This document shows, in pieces, positions 18,240-27,561 of a DNA stretch of 64,000 nt. Made by a program: the position numbers and the translations under genes. Each line of letters begins with the position of its first letter. Position 1 is the first letter of the stretch. The stretch is from an uncultured Terrimonas sp. (GTDB lineage: Bacteria > Bacteroidota > Bacteroidia > Chitinophagales > Chitinophagaceae): positions 4,299 to 68,298 of the forward strand of contig CAZREP010000002.1 in the NCBI GenBank assembly GCA_964599035.1, written 5' to 3'. A model generated the notes under the pieces. That model saw only the letters and a list, made by a program, of their open reading frames with translations, had not been told where the DNA came from and made no database searches.

Positions 18240-19541
18240 ATGAACCTCTCAATGTTCCAGCTTTTGAGAAACAGGAATATTATACTGATCCTTTCCTGCA
18301 TAGTGCCGGCTTTATGTATAAAAGCCCAGACCCCTCCTTATTACGGGCCACAGGTTATGAATGCAAAAACGGGTAACTGGTGGGGGGACGGGCTGATCCT
18401 GCTGGTAGCCGCAGCAGTGGTTTACTGGATCATCCGCTCGTTGCAGCGAAGGCTGAAGGAGGAAAGGATAATCAGCGCTTTTGCCACCTCTTTATACGGA
18501 CAAAAAACGGTAGAGGATATTTTTTGGGATACCGCCAAAAACTGTGTTGAAAAGATCGGGTTTATTGATTGTGTGATTTATCAGTTGGATAGCACCGGGA
18601 AGATTTTATTGCAAAAGGCCGCATTCGGGCCTAAAAATCCTTATCGCCGGGAGATTATTAACCGCATTGAGATACCCGTGGGTGAGGGAATTGTAGGGGC
18701 GGTTGCCAAAAGCGGCAGGGCAGAGATCATTTATAATACCGGCGCAGATCCCCGTTATATAGTGGATGATGAACGCAGGTTATCTGAGATAACGGTTCCG
18801 GTTTGGGTGGATGGAAAAGTTTTTGGAGTGATAGATTCTGAACATCCCAGGAAGCATTTTTATAAAAGATATCATCTGCGCATGCTGAAAAAAATTGCCG
18901 TCATCTGCTCGGAGCGTATTTCCAAATACCTGACAGAAGAGAAGCTCCGCGGCAAAATTGCGCGCGACCTCCATGATGAAATCGGGTCTACCCTTACGGG
19001 TATCAATATTCTCAGTAAGGTGGCTATGCAGGATGGGCTTGATGAGGCTACCATGAAGGACTATCTGCAAAAGATCAAGGATAATTCCGGTAATATTATG
19101 GAGCGTATGAGCGATATCATATGGGCCATTAACCCTGTTAATGACAGCTTTGATAAAATAATATTACGCATGAAAGAATTTACAGCGGAAATGCTGGAAC
19201 CGGCCGGCATCAACTATTATTTTAATGAAGAAGGATTGCTTGACCACGCGCATCTTAACCTCGAACAACGGAAAGATATCTACCTTATCTTCAAAGAAGC
19301 AGTGAATAATGCTGTAAAGTACAGCAATGCCACAGAAGTAAATATTGTTTTGCGGGGAAAAGCCGACGGGCTGAAAATGATCATTATGGATAATGGCGAT
19401 GGCTTTGATACCCATGTAGCATACCCGGGCAACGGAATAAAAAATATGCAGGAACGTGCAGCCGGCATGTCGGCTGCTTTAAAGGTTGATTCCATAAAAG
19501 ATACGGGCACTACCATTACCCTGGAAGTGCCTATCACATGA
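18240..19541 (+). CDS. GAF-domain sensor histidine kinase (HisKA_3 type)
   Basis: TM helix, GAF (GEGIVGAVA, SEITVP), IARDLHDEIG H-box, KEAVNNAVKYS and DNGDGF. Confidence 0.92.
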   Translation: MNLSMFQLLRNRNIILILSCIVPALCIKAQTPPYYGPQVMNAKTGNWWGDGLILLVAAAVVYWIIRSLQRRLKEERIISAFATSLYGQKTVEDIFWDTAKNCVEKIGFIDCVIYQLDSTGKILLQKAAFGPKNPYRREIINRIEIPVGEGIVGAVAKSGRAEIIYNTGADPRYIVDDERRLSEITVPVWVDGKVFGVIDSEHPRKHFYKRYHLRMLKKIAVICSERISKYLTEEKLRGKIARDLHDEIGSTLTGINILSKVAMQDGLDEATMKDYLQKIKDNSGNIMERMSDIIWAINPVNDSFDKIILRMKEFTAEMLEPAGINYYFNEEGLLDHAHLNLEQRKDIYLIFKEAVNNAVKYSNATEVNIVLRGKADGLKMIIMDNGDGFDTHVAYPGNGIKNMQERAAGMSAALKVDSIKDTGTTITLEVPIT

Positions 19542-19631
19542 TTAGGGTATGGGCAGCTACTGTAAAGATGAGTAAGTTGCACTGCCTCTGTAACAGACAA
19601 TGCACATCAAAAGGGGACTCTAAGAAGTATT

Positions 19632-20267
19632 ATGCCTGTAAGTATTGTTATATATGAAGACAATGCCACACTTCGTGAAAGTCTGAGCCGCCTGCTTGAG
19701 CTGACAGGAGAATATACTGTTTTAGCCAGCTATCCCGACTGCTCGGAAGTGGAAAATGATATTAAGAATGAACAGCCGGATGTGATATTGATGGATATCG
19801 ATATGCCCGGTATCAATGGCATTGAGGCTGTAAAAAAGATAAGAGCGATAAATACTGCCGTTCAGATCATCATGCTTACCGTTTTTGATGATAATACCCA
19901 CGTGTTCGATGCTATGTATGCGGGTGCTAACGGCTATCTCTTAAAAAAATACGTTTCCGACAAGCTTGTTCATGCCATCCGGGAAGTGTTGGGAGGGGGC
20001 GCCCCTATGAGCCCTTCTATTGCCCGGATGATCATCTCCCGCATGCAGGATAATATAAAAGCTCCCGCCAAAGACTACCTCCTTACCACCAGGGAAAAAG
20101 AGATCCTGCAGTTGCTGTCAAAAGGCAACAGCTTTAAACTGATCGCATCAGACCTGTTCATCAGTATTGATACCGTTCGTACCCATATCAAGCATATATA
20201 TGACAAGCTGCATGTTCGTTCGCAGGGCGAAGCAATAAGTAAAGCCATTAATGAGAAGCTGGTGTAG
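19632..20267 (+). CDS. NarL/LuxR-family response regulator
   Basis: REC domain (ILMDIDMPG) and LTTREKEIL...TVRTHIKHIYDKL HTH. Confidence 0.95.
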   Translation: MPVSIVIYEDNATLRESLSRLLELTGEYTVLASYPDCSEVENDIKNEQPDVILMDIDMPGINGIEAVKKIRAINTAVQIIMLTVFDDNTHVFDAMYAGANGYLLKKYVSDKLVHAIREVLGGGAPMSPSIARMIISRMQDNIKAPAKDYLLTTREKEILQLLSKGNSFKLIASDLFISIDTVRTHIKHIYDKLHVRSQGEAISKAINEKLV

Positions 20268-20302
20268 GAGGTCTGAGGTTTCAAGTTTCAGGTCTCAGGT
20301 TT
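20268..20302 (+). repeat. Heptamer tract abutting the response-regulator stop codon
   Basis: GAGGTCT GAGGTTT CAAGTTT CAGGTCT CAGGTTT. Confidence 0.75.
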
Positions 20303-20486
20303 CAGCTATCAATTCGGTTGATCAGCTATTAGCCGCTCACTGCCGGCTGTTCACTAACGGTCAATCGAAACCATTTTGGCCATTATCACCATTGTACTAT
20401 CTTTAATTTAACCTGCAGCTAACAATTTGCTATGCTAAATTGCAACTGTAAGCAGGCGCTATATTACATCTTTAACAAAAACCGGT

Positions 20487-22913
20487 ATGTTTTCTTATAA
20501 AGGTCTGACCCGTACATTACTATGCTGTATTTTATTGTTATCCTCAGCAGGGTATCTGCCTGCTCAAAATAAAGTGGAGCAGGCGCTTGAAACGCTTTCC
20601 CAGAAATACCCCCAGGAAAAAGTATACCTGCTGTATAACAAAGACAGTTACCTGGCAGGGGAAAATATGTGGTTTAGCGCCTTTATATTTGAAGGGTATA
20701 ATCGTTCTCTTATTTCCACCAATCTTACCCTGGAGCTCTACAACAGTAAAAAAACGCTGATCAACAGAAAGCATGTTCCGCTTTTTGACGGCGAAGGGCA
20801 GGGCAGCTTTGCGCTCCCCGATTCCCTGCCCGAAGGGATCTATTACGTGAGGGGTTATACACAGTGGATGCTTAACTTCGACGAAGCTTTTCAGTATGTG
20901 CATTCTTTCAGGCTGTATAATACGGCCTCACCCCAGAAACTGGTGCCCGATTCCCTGGCAGTGTGGACTGCTGCTGCATTTCCCGAAGGAGGTAACCTGG
21001 TCGCAGGACTTGAAAGTAAAGTTGCGGTAAGACTTTCGTCGCCCGGCGTATTGCCTGAAGGGTGGAATGGCTATGTTGTGGATGCGGCAAAGCCTTCGGA
21101 GAAAATTACCAGCTTTACGGCTTTCGACCGGAATGTGGGGGTCTTCAATTTCACACCGGAAGAAGGAAAAAAATACCAGGTGATCGTGCAGGATAAGAAA
21201 GGGAAGAAACAAACAGTGTCATTGCCCGCAGCCGCGGCTTCAGGTGTAAGGCTGCAGGTAAACAGCACCACCGATTCCATATATTATTCCCTGCAGGCTA
21301 AAAACCTGTCCGCAGATGTGAGAGGGTATAAGCTCATCGGCACTATCAATAATATCCTGGTGTATAAGGCTAATATTAATAAGATCACTGAGGGAATATC
21401 GAGCTCCATCCCTGCCGATAAGCTGATCAATGGAATATTGCGCTTGACGCTCTTTAACGAGTCGGAGAAGGTGGTGGCAGAGCGCCTGTGCTTTGTTCAG
21501 GCAGAGCAGCTCCGCGTGGGGCGACCTTCTTTTCCGCCGCTGTATCTGAGCAGTACGCCGCGGGGTGTTAACGGTTTTGATATTATGGCCGATACCAACT
21601 ACCAGAAATATTCAGTACTTGTAATGGATGGAAACGCAAATGATTTTCTGGAAAGGGAAAATATCTTAACCAGTTTGTGGCTTACCTCCGATCTTACCGG
21701 ACGGATAGATTCACCTGCACGCTATTTTGATATAGATACCGACCCCGAGGCATTGGATGCGTTACTGATATCCGAGAAGTGGAAACGCTTTGACTGGGAT
21801 GATGTAATTAATGGAAAATTTCCGGAGATACGGTATACCCCCGAGCCCTATATTTCATATAAAGGCACCGTTTATGGAGGAGGGGGTGTGGTTGCCAATC
21901 AAACCGTAAACCTTATTTTCTATTTTGCCGACTCCACTACGCAGCTCAACCAGGTAACCACCGATGCCAAGGGGGTATTTGAATTGAAGAACCTGATCTT
22001 TGAAGAGCCGCTGAAAGTGTATTACCAGGTTAATGATAAAAAGGTGGCTCCCAGGGATGTTACTATAACATTTGAATCGCTGAACAGGATTGTTCCCTAT
22101 AAGGGTACACTGCCTCCCGGAGGATATACCCTTACCAAAAGGCCGGCTAATGATAAGTTGCCTGCGGATATAGCAAGAGGGCTGGTCAACCTGAATAATC
22201 AGAAAGCAGCCGATGAAAGGTTCCGGACGCTTGAAGAAGTAAAGATAGTAGCCCAGAAGAAAAGCAACAAGGAGAAATTGAATGAGCAACTGAGCTCCGG
22301 TATGTTCAGAAGCATGAATGAAGATGTATTTGATCTTGTGAATGAAAACCAGGACGCCATGTCGTATCAGAATATACTTCAATGGCTGCAGGGGCGCGTG
22401 GCCGGTTTGCAGATCCAGATGCAGGGGGGTGATTATATTCCCGTTATCAGGGGAAGCAGGGTACAACTGTATCTTGATGAGATGCCTGTTGACCCGAGTG
22501 CCATAAGCGGTATGCCTGTAAGCAATATTGCCATGGTAAAGGTGATCAAGAGCGGCTTCGTTGGAGGTATTGGAGGTGGCGGCGGCGGAGCGGTAGCCAT
22601 TTATACCCGCAGGGGGGATACGCAGGCAGCCAATACCCAAAAGCCTCCGTCGCTGAACAGCAGTGTGCTGGCGGGTTACGATAAAGTGCTTCCTTTTTAT
22701 GAGCCCGATTATAAAGATGCATCGGTTAAGCGCCTGGAAAAGGACGCCCGTGATGTGCTTTACTGGAATCCCATGGTAATCCCCGAAGGAACTAAGCCTG
22801 TTCAGATCCGTTTTTATAATAACGATGATGCCAAAAGTATAAGGGTAGTGATCATCGGATTTTCGAAAAATGAAGATCTGCTGCTATATTATAATGAGCT
22901 ATTCAGGTTTTAG
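20487..22913 (+). CDS. Large secreted Bacteroidota protein (MG2-like N terminus, TonB plug-like C-terminal domain)
   Basis: Signal peptide, YPQEKVYL..KDSYLAGE, FPEGGNLV, LQGRVAG, GAVAIYTRRG and LYWNP. Confidence 0.75.
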   Translation: MFSYKGLTRTLLCCILLLSSAGYLPAQNKVEQALETLSQKYPQEKVYLLYNKDSYLAGENMWFSAFIFEGYNRSLISTNLTLELYNSKKTLINRKHVPLFDGEGQGSFALPDSLPEGIYYVRGYTQWMLNFDEAFQYVHSFRLYNTASPQKLVPDSLAVWTAAAFPEGGNLVAGLESKVAVRLSSPGVLPEGWNGYVVDAAKPSEKITSFTAFDRNVGVFNFTPEEGKKYQVIVQDKKGKKQTVSLPAAAASGVRLQVNSTTDSIYYSLQAKNLSADVRGYKLIGTINNILVYKANINKITEGISSSIPADKLINGILRLTLFNESEKVVAERLCFVQAEQLRVGRPSFPPLYLSSTPRGVNGFDIMADTNYQKYSVLVMDGNANDFLERENILTSLWLTSDLTGRIDSPARYFDIDTDPEALDALLISEKWKRFDWDDVINGKFPEIRYTPEPYISYKGTVYGGGGVVANQTVNLIFYFADSTTQLNQVTTDAKGVFELKNLIFEEPLKVYYQVNDKKVAPRDVTITFESLNRIVPYKGTLPPGGYTLTKRPANDKLPADIARGLVNLNNQKAADERFRTLEEVKIVAQKKSNKEKLNEQLSSGMFRSMNEDVFDLVNENQDAMSYQNILQWLQGRVAGLQIQMQGGDYIPVIRGSRVQLYLDEMPVDPSAISGMPVSNIAMVKVIKSGFVGGIGGGGGGAVAIYTRRGDTQAANTQKPPSLNSSVLAGYDKVLPFYEPDYKDASVKRLEKDARDVLYWNPMVIPEGTKPVQIRFYNNDDAKSIRVVIIGFSKNEDLLLYYNELFRF

Positions 22914-24292
22914 CGATGATGCTTTTTCAGACCTGGTAGAAAGTTCTCCAGTTCTTCGAGTGTTTTCCCTTTGGTTTCTTTTACCTTCCACCAAACAAAG
23001 AAAAACCCAAGCACACATATTGCGGAGTAGATATAAAATGATTGTTCCTGCAGCTTCTCAAATAATACCGGGAAGGTAAAGACGAGAATAAAATACGCCG
23101 TCCACAGGCTAACAACTGCAATTGTGGTAGCTTTATCCCGAATTTTATTGGGAAATATTTCAGCAATCAATACCCAGGTAACGGGGGCGAGCGACATGGC
23201 ATAGATACCAATAGCGGTTAATAAGAACCAGGATACCTGAGGGGAATGGTTTTTTAACAGGATCGTAACGATCACATACGTAATCGCTAATCCTGCTGCA
23301 CCAATTAACATTAAAGGTTTTCTTCCTAATTTGTCAACAAGCAGCATAGCAACAATAGTAAAAATTACATTTACACCTCCTATAAAAACTGTTTGCAGCA
23401 ATTGATCATCCTGCGATGCGCCTATGCTTTCAAATATTTTAGGCGCATAATTGAATACCGTGTTGATGCCACAGAATTGCTGAAACACCGCCAAGCCTAT
23501 ACCTACCAAAACGGCGGAGAATATGCCCTTTTTAAAAATATCTGCATACTGCGTTTTAACGATTCCACTTAAAGACACTGCAATATTGCTGATCGATTCA
23601 TTTACAAAACCGGCATCACCTATTTTTTTTAAAACCTTTGTTGCCTGTGCGCTTTTACCAGCCTTTATCAGCCAGCGTGGGCTTTCAGGCAGCCACCATG
23701 CTCCGGTAAAAAATAAAACGGAGGGGACAAAACCTAAGCCGAACATCCAACGCCAGGCATCTTCTCCATAATTACGCAATGCATAATTAATGAGGTTTGT
23801 AAAAAGAATGCCCAGTACGATCGTCAACTGGTTAATGGCCACCATACGGCCACGCATATGCGCGGGAGAAATTTCAGCAATATACATCGGCGACAGCACA
23901 GAGGCCATACCAACGCCTATCCCTGCGCAAAACCTGGAAACGATAAACACATCTCTTGAAAAAGAAAATGCCATTGCCAGGGAAGAAAAGGCAAAAATAG
24001 CTGCAGCGATCAACAATCCCGGCTTGCGTCCGTATTTGTCTGACACGGATCCCGCCATCATGCAACCCATAATAGCTCCCAATGCCAGGCTTCCTGTTGC
24101 AAAGCCTTCCCAGTAGGCATCTAATGAAAAATGTTTTTGTAAAAAAGGTAAAGCACCTGCAATTACGGCGAAGTCGAATCCAAACAAATAACCTCCCATG
24201 GCGGAAACAAAAGAGATGCCCAGGATATAACGCGTATTGTAGGAATATTTCTTCTCTGTTTGGGGAATCCTGTCATTATTAAGTGTATGCAT
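22910..24292 (-). CDS. Sugar porter family MFS transporter
   Basis: GGYLFGFD, DKYGRK, PESPRW, QQFCGIN, DKLGRK and ETKGKTLEE. Confidence 0.95.
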   Translation of the reverse strand: MHTLNNDRIPQTEKKYSYNTRYILGISFVSAMGGYLFGFDFAVIAGALPFLQKHFSLDAYWEGFATGSLALGAIMGCMMAGSVSDKYGRKPGLLIAAAIFAFSSLAMAFSFSRDVFIVSRFCAGIGVGMASVLSPMYIAEISPAHMRGRMVAINQLTIVLGILFTNLINYALRNYGEDAWRWMFGLGFVPSVLFFTGAWWLPESPRWLIKAGKSAQATKVLKKIGDAGFVNESISNIAVSLSGIVKTQYADIFKKGIFSAVLVGIGLAVFQQFCGINTVFNYAPKIFESIGASQDDQLLQTVFIGGVNVIFTIVAMLLVDKLGRKPLMLIGAAGLAITYVIVTILLKNHSPQVSWFLLTAIGIYAMSLAPVTWVLIAEIFPNKIRDKATTIAVVSLWTAYFILVFTFPVLFEKLQEQSFYIYSAICVLGFFFVWWKVKETKGKTLEELENFLPGLKKHHR

Positions 24293-24336
24293 TCATAACC
24301 GCTTTAATGTACTTTTAATATCACAAGAATAAAATT

Positions 24337-25407
24337 TTATCTTATTAAAAACCGGTATACCGTAGTTTGCCGGTATTCTTCCCCGGGAAGTAAAACAATA
24401 GTTGGAAATTGAGGATGATTGACTGCATCGGGGAAACCCTGGGCTTCTAATGCAAGACCACTGCCGCTAAAGTAGCGTTGCCCTTTTTTACCCACATCAG
24501 TTCCGTCAAACAACGAAGCATTATATAGCTGAATGCCGGGTTGATCGGTATATACTTCCATGGCCCTTCCGCTTTCTTTCTCTTCCACTATTGCGGCCAA
24601 TAACAGGGCGTTATCGGGCTTGTTTAAAATATAATACACTACATATCCTTTTCCTGGAAGGGACCCGTCAACAGGGTGGCCGATAGTTCGCAGACGGGTA
24701 AAATCAACAGTTGTATCTTTTACAGGAATAATATTGCCTGTGGGAATTAATTCATCATCACATTCAAGATGGTTTTCTGAGCAGATACAAATAAAATGAT
24801 CCAATACACTCCTACTCATATCCCCATGGAGATTAAAATATGCATGGTTGGTAAGGTTGATGATAGTCGCTTTATCTGTTCTGGCTGAATAATGTATCGT
24901 CAAAGTATTATCATTACCCAAAGTATATATCACTTTTACCGTAAAATTACCGGGATATCCCTCTTCACCGTCTTTGGAAAAAAAGGTTAACACTAACGAC
25001 GCCTCACCCTTATCGTTCATCATGGTTTTACCGTTCCAAACCTGAAAGCTGAACCCGTCAAGACCTCCGTGTAAATGATTTCTGACGGGATTTCCGAAGA
25101 TATCGTTGGTTTCCAGCTGGTATTTAATTCCATTTAATTCAAAAGTTCCTTTACTGATTCTCCCGCATACACGGCCTACGATAGCGCCATAATATTTTTC
25201 TTTAGCTGTGAGGTAATCATTAATATTATCGAAACCTAAAATCACATCGTTCCATTTGCCGTTTTTATCAGGAACCCACATAGACAGCCAACGTGCTCCG
25301 TAATTGGTAAACTGGGCTGTACAACCATTTTTATTACGAAGCGTGAACAATTTTACTTCCGCACCCTTGATAATACTCCTGAAATTCTCCTCTTTTAATA
25401 ATTCCAT
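24337..25407 (-). CDS. galM: Aldose 1-epimerase (mutarotase) family protein
   Basis: HLHGG, DGEEGYPG, NLTNHAYFNL, TDQPGIQLY and LEAQGFPDA. Confidence 0.88.
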   Translation of the reverse strand: MELLKEENFRSIIKGAEVKLFTLRNKNGCTAQFTNYGARWLSMWVPDKNGKWNDVILGFDNINDYLTAKEKYYGAIVGRVCGRISKGTFELNGIKYQLETNDIFGNPVRNHLHGGLDGFSFQVWNGKTMMNDKGEASLVLTFFSKDGEEGYPGNFTVKVIYTLGNDNTLTIHYSARTDKATIINLTNHAYFNLHGDMSRSVLDHFICICSENHLECDDELIPTGNIIPVKDTTVDFTRLRTIGHPVDGSLPGKGYVVYYILNKPDNALLLAAIVEEKESGRAMEVYTDQPGIQLYNASLFDGTDVGKKGQRYFSGSGLALEAQGFPDAVNHPQFPTIVLLPGEEYRQTTVYRFLIR

Positions 25408-25449
25408 TTATAGTCATTTATCATGATCCCCGGACGCCCGCATATATTA

Positions 25450-27402
25450 TTATTGTACAGGAGTAATTCTGGCCAACCAGCCTCCGCCGGGAGCTAACTC
25501 AAGCTTCAAGACTTCGCCTGCATTGATTTGACGTGATGACAGCTTATAATCTGTGGCGGCGGTTGCTGCGTTTATTCCATCCTCAATTATGGCTATATCG
25601 TATTTGCCGGGGTTTAAAAAATCAGTAGACAGTTCTATTGTCCGCCTGTTGTCATTTGTTATTGCTCCAATATGCCAATCAGCGCCATCTCTTCGGGCCA
25701 ACACCGTGTATTTGCCGATCTTACCTTTCAAAAGCCTGGTTTCATCCCACTCAACCGGTATTTTTGCCAGGAAATCAGTACATTCTTTCTCCCGGTAGTA
25801 ATCGGAGGGTGAACCGGGCAACATTGTCATGGGACTATTTAAAATAATAAATAAAGCCATTGCGTGTGCCCGTGTGCCCCATCCCATCGGATAATCCCAG
25901 ATATGCCTGAAATTATGCTTGTTTGCGTTGCGCATGGTTGCGGGAATATAGTCCATCGAACCGGTAAACATGCGGATATAGGGCAAAAGATTATGGTGCT
26001 CAGGATTGTCATTATTGGATACCCCGCTTTGTTCGAATTCAATCAGCGCTTCCCGTGTCAGCACATTGGGGTATTTACGGCTTAGACCGCAGGGCTTATA
26101 GGCGCCATGAAAATTGACCACCATCTTTTTTTCGGCAGCTTTGCGGGCAACGGCTTCGTAAAACTCCACCATCAATTGGTCATCCCGGTTCATGAAATCT
26201 GTTTTGATGCCTTTGATACCCCATCTTTCAAATCGGTCAAAGGCTTCCTGCCATTGATCGTTCAATGTATTCCAGATCACCCACAGCAGCACGTCCACAC
26301 CCTTCTTTTTCGCGTAAGCGGTAACTTCCTCCATATCTAAACCGGGAACGGTATGGAGCACATCACCTTTAGGACTCCATCCATCATCAAAAAGAAAATA
26401 GCGGAATCCCTTTTCTGCACAGAAGTCTATGAAATACTTGGCTGTTTCGGTATTAACGCCGGCCTTAAAATTAACGCTATAAATATTATTCTTGCCCCAC
26501 CAGTCGAACATCACCACGCCGGGTTTAATCCATGACAGCTCTTTTAGCTCAGTGGGAGAGGCCAGTAAATAAACCATGTTATTACTGATCAGCCCTTCTT
26601 CTTTGTCGGCCACAGCAAATATCCTCCACGGGTAGGTTCTTTGCCCTGCCACCCTTGCTATATAGTTGTAGGTTTCCCCCACCTGGTTGCTGCTGTACGG
26701 GTTATTTGTCTTTACCAGTGTTTTTGGATAAGGTGGATGTATAGCCGAAATTTGTGACGTCCCGGTTCGCTTAACCCACAGTCCGGGGTAATTGTAGAGA
26801 TCCGATTCCGTGATCATCACCAATTTGCCGTTTTGTTTTTCAACCAGCACCGGCAGGTTGCAAAGTCTTGATGGATCCACCTCACTCAGCTTTTTGAACT
26901 CATATGGCTGTTCATACGCCGAATGGAAAGACTTCTCCGACTGGAAGCGCATTGAATCTCCATCCTGGAACTGGATATTCAGGGTTTCTTTCACGATTGT
27001 CAGGCTGTCTTTCGAATCGGTAGCGAAACGGTAGGCCATCCCCTCGTTGAAAAGCCGGAATGTCAGGGATTGGCCCGATTTAAATGTCAGCACCAGTTCA
27101 TTATATTCATTCCTGTAGATTTCGCTTTTTTCTCTTACTACCGGTTTAATGATCTCATTCACCGCGCTGCGCTTCACTTTCTTCACCCGTTGCGGGGCTG
27201 TTGCCGTTTGCCCGGTAATTATCGCCAGGTCCGAAAGGCTCAGAAGCAAACCGGCTTCTTTCTTCATTTTTAATTGTATCCCCTGCGGGTTATTTTCAAT
27301 TTCGACCGACAGTTTTTTATCGGGAGATGACAGTATATATTGCTGCGCATGACCTGCAACACAAAAAAGGGACAGAAAAAACAAAGTCAGAAAGCCTTTC
27401 AT
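25450..27402 (-). CDS. Glycoside hydrolase family 97, probably the retaining (alpha-galactosidase-like) clade
   Basis: SWIKPG, DDGW, GIKTDFMNRDDQ (Asp nucleophile pattern), NFHG, MDYIP and WDETR. Start set at MKGFL. Confidence 0.88.
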   Translation of the reverse strand: MKGFLTLFFLSLFCVAGHAQQYILSSPDKKLSVEIENNPQGIQLKMKKEAGLLLSLSDLAIITGQTATAPQRVKKVKRSAVNEIIKPVVREKSEIYRNEYNELVLTFKSGQSLTFRLFNEGMAYRFATDSKDSLTIVKETLNIQFQDGDSMRFQSEKSFHSAYEQPYEFKKLSEVDPSRLCNLPVLVEKQNGKLVMITESDLYNYPGLWVKRTGTSQISAIHPPYPKTLVKTNNPYSSNQVGETYNYIARVAGQRTYPWRIFAVADKEEGLISNNMVYLLASPTELKELSWIKPGVVMFDWWGKNNIYSVNFKAGVNTETAKYFIDFCAEKGFRYFLFDDGWSPKGDVLHTVPGLDMEEVTAYAKKKGVDVLLWVIWNTLNDQWQEAFDRFERWGIKGIKTDFMNRDDQLMVEFYEAVARKAAEKKMVVNFHGAYKPCGLSRKYPNVLTREALIEFEQSGVSNNDNPEHHNLLPYIRMFTGSMDYIPATMRNANKHNFRHIWDYPMGWGTRAHAMALFIILNSPMTMLPGSPSDYYREKECTDFLAKIPVEWDETRLLKGKIGKYTVLARRDGADWHIGAITNDNRRTIELSTDFLNPGKYDIAIIEDGINAATAATDYKLSSRQINAGEVLKLELAPGGGWLARITPVQ

Positions 27403-27561
27403 AAATACAAATATTCGTTTTAAATTAATGCTGTTTTCCACCCGGCGAACATATTTACCTTCGGTGAGAAAAGTTCAAATTTTAGCAGAATATTTTTTCG
27501 GAACAAGGTGAAAATGTTAAATAAGTTCCACTGAATATCGTATTCCCGGTTTGTCAGGAGC

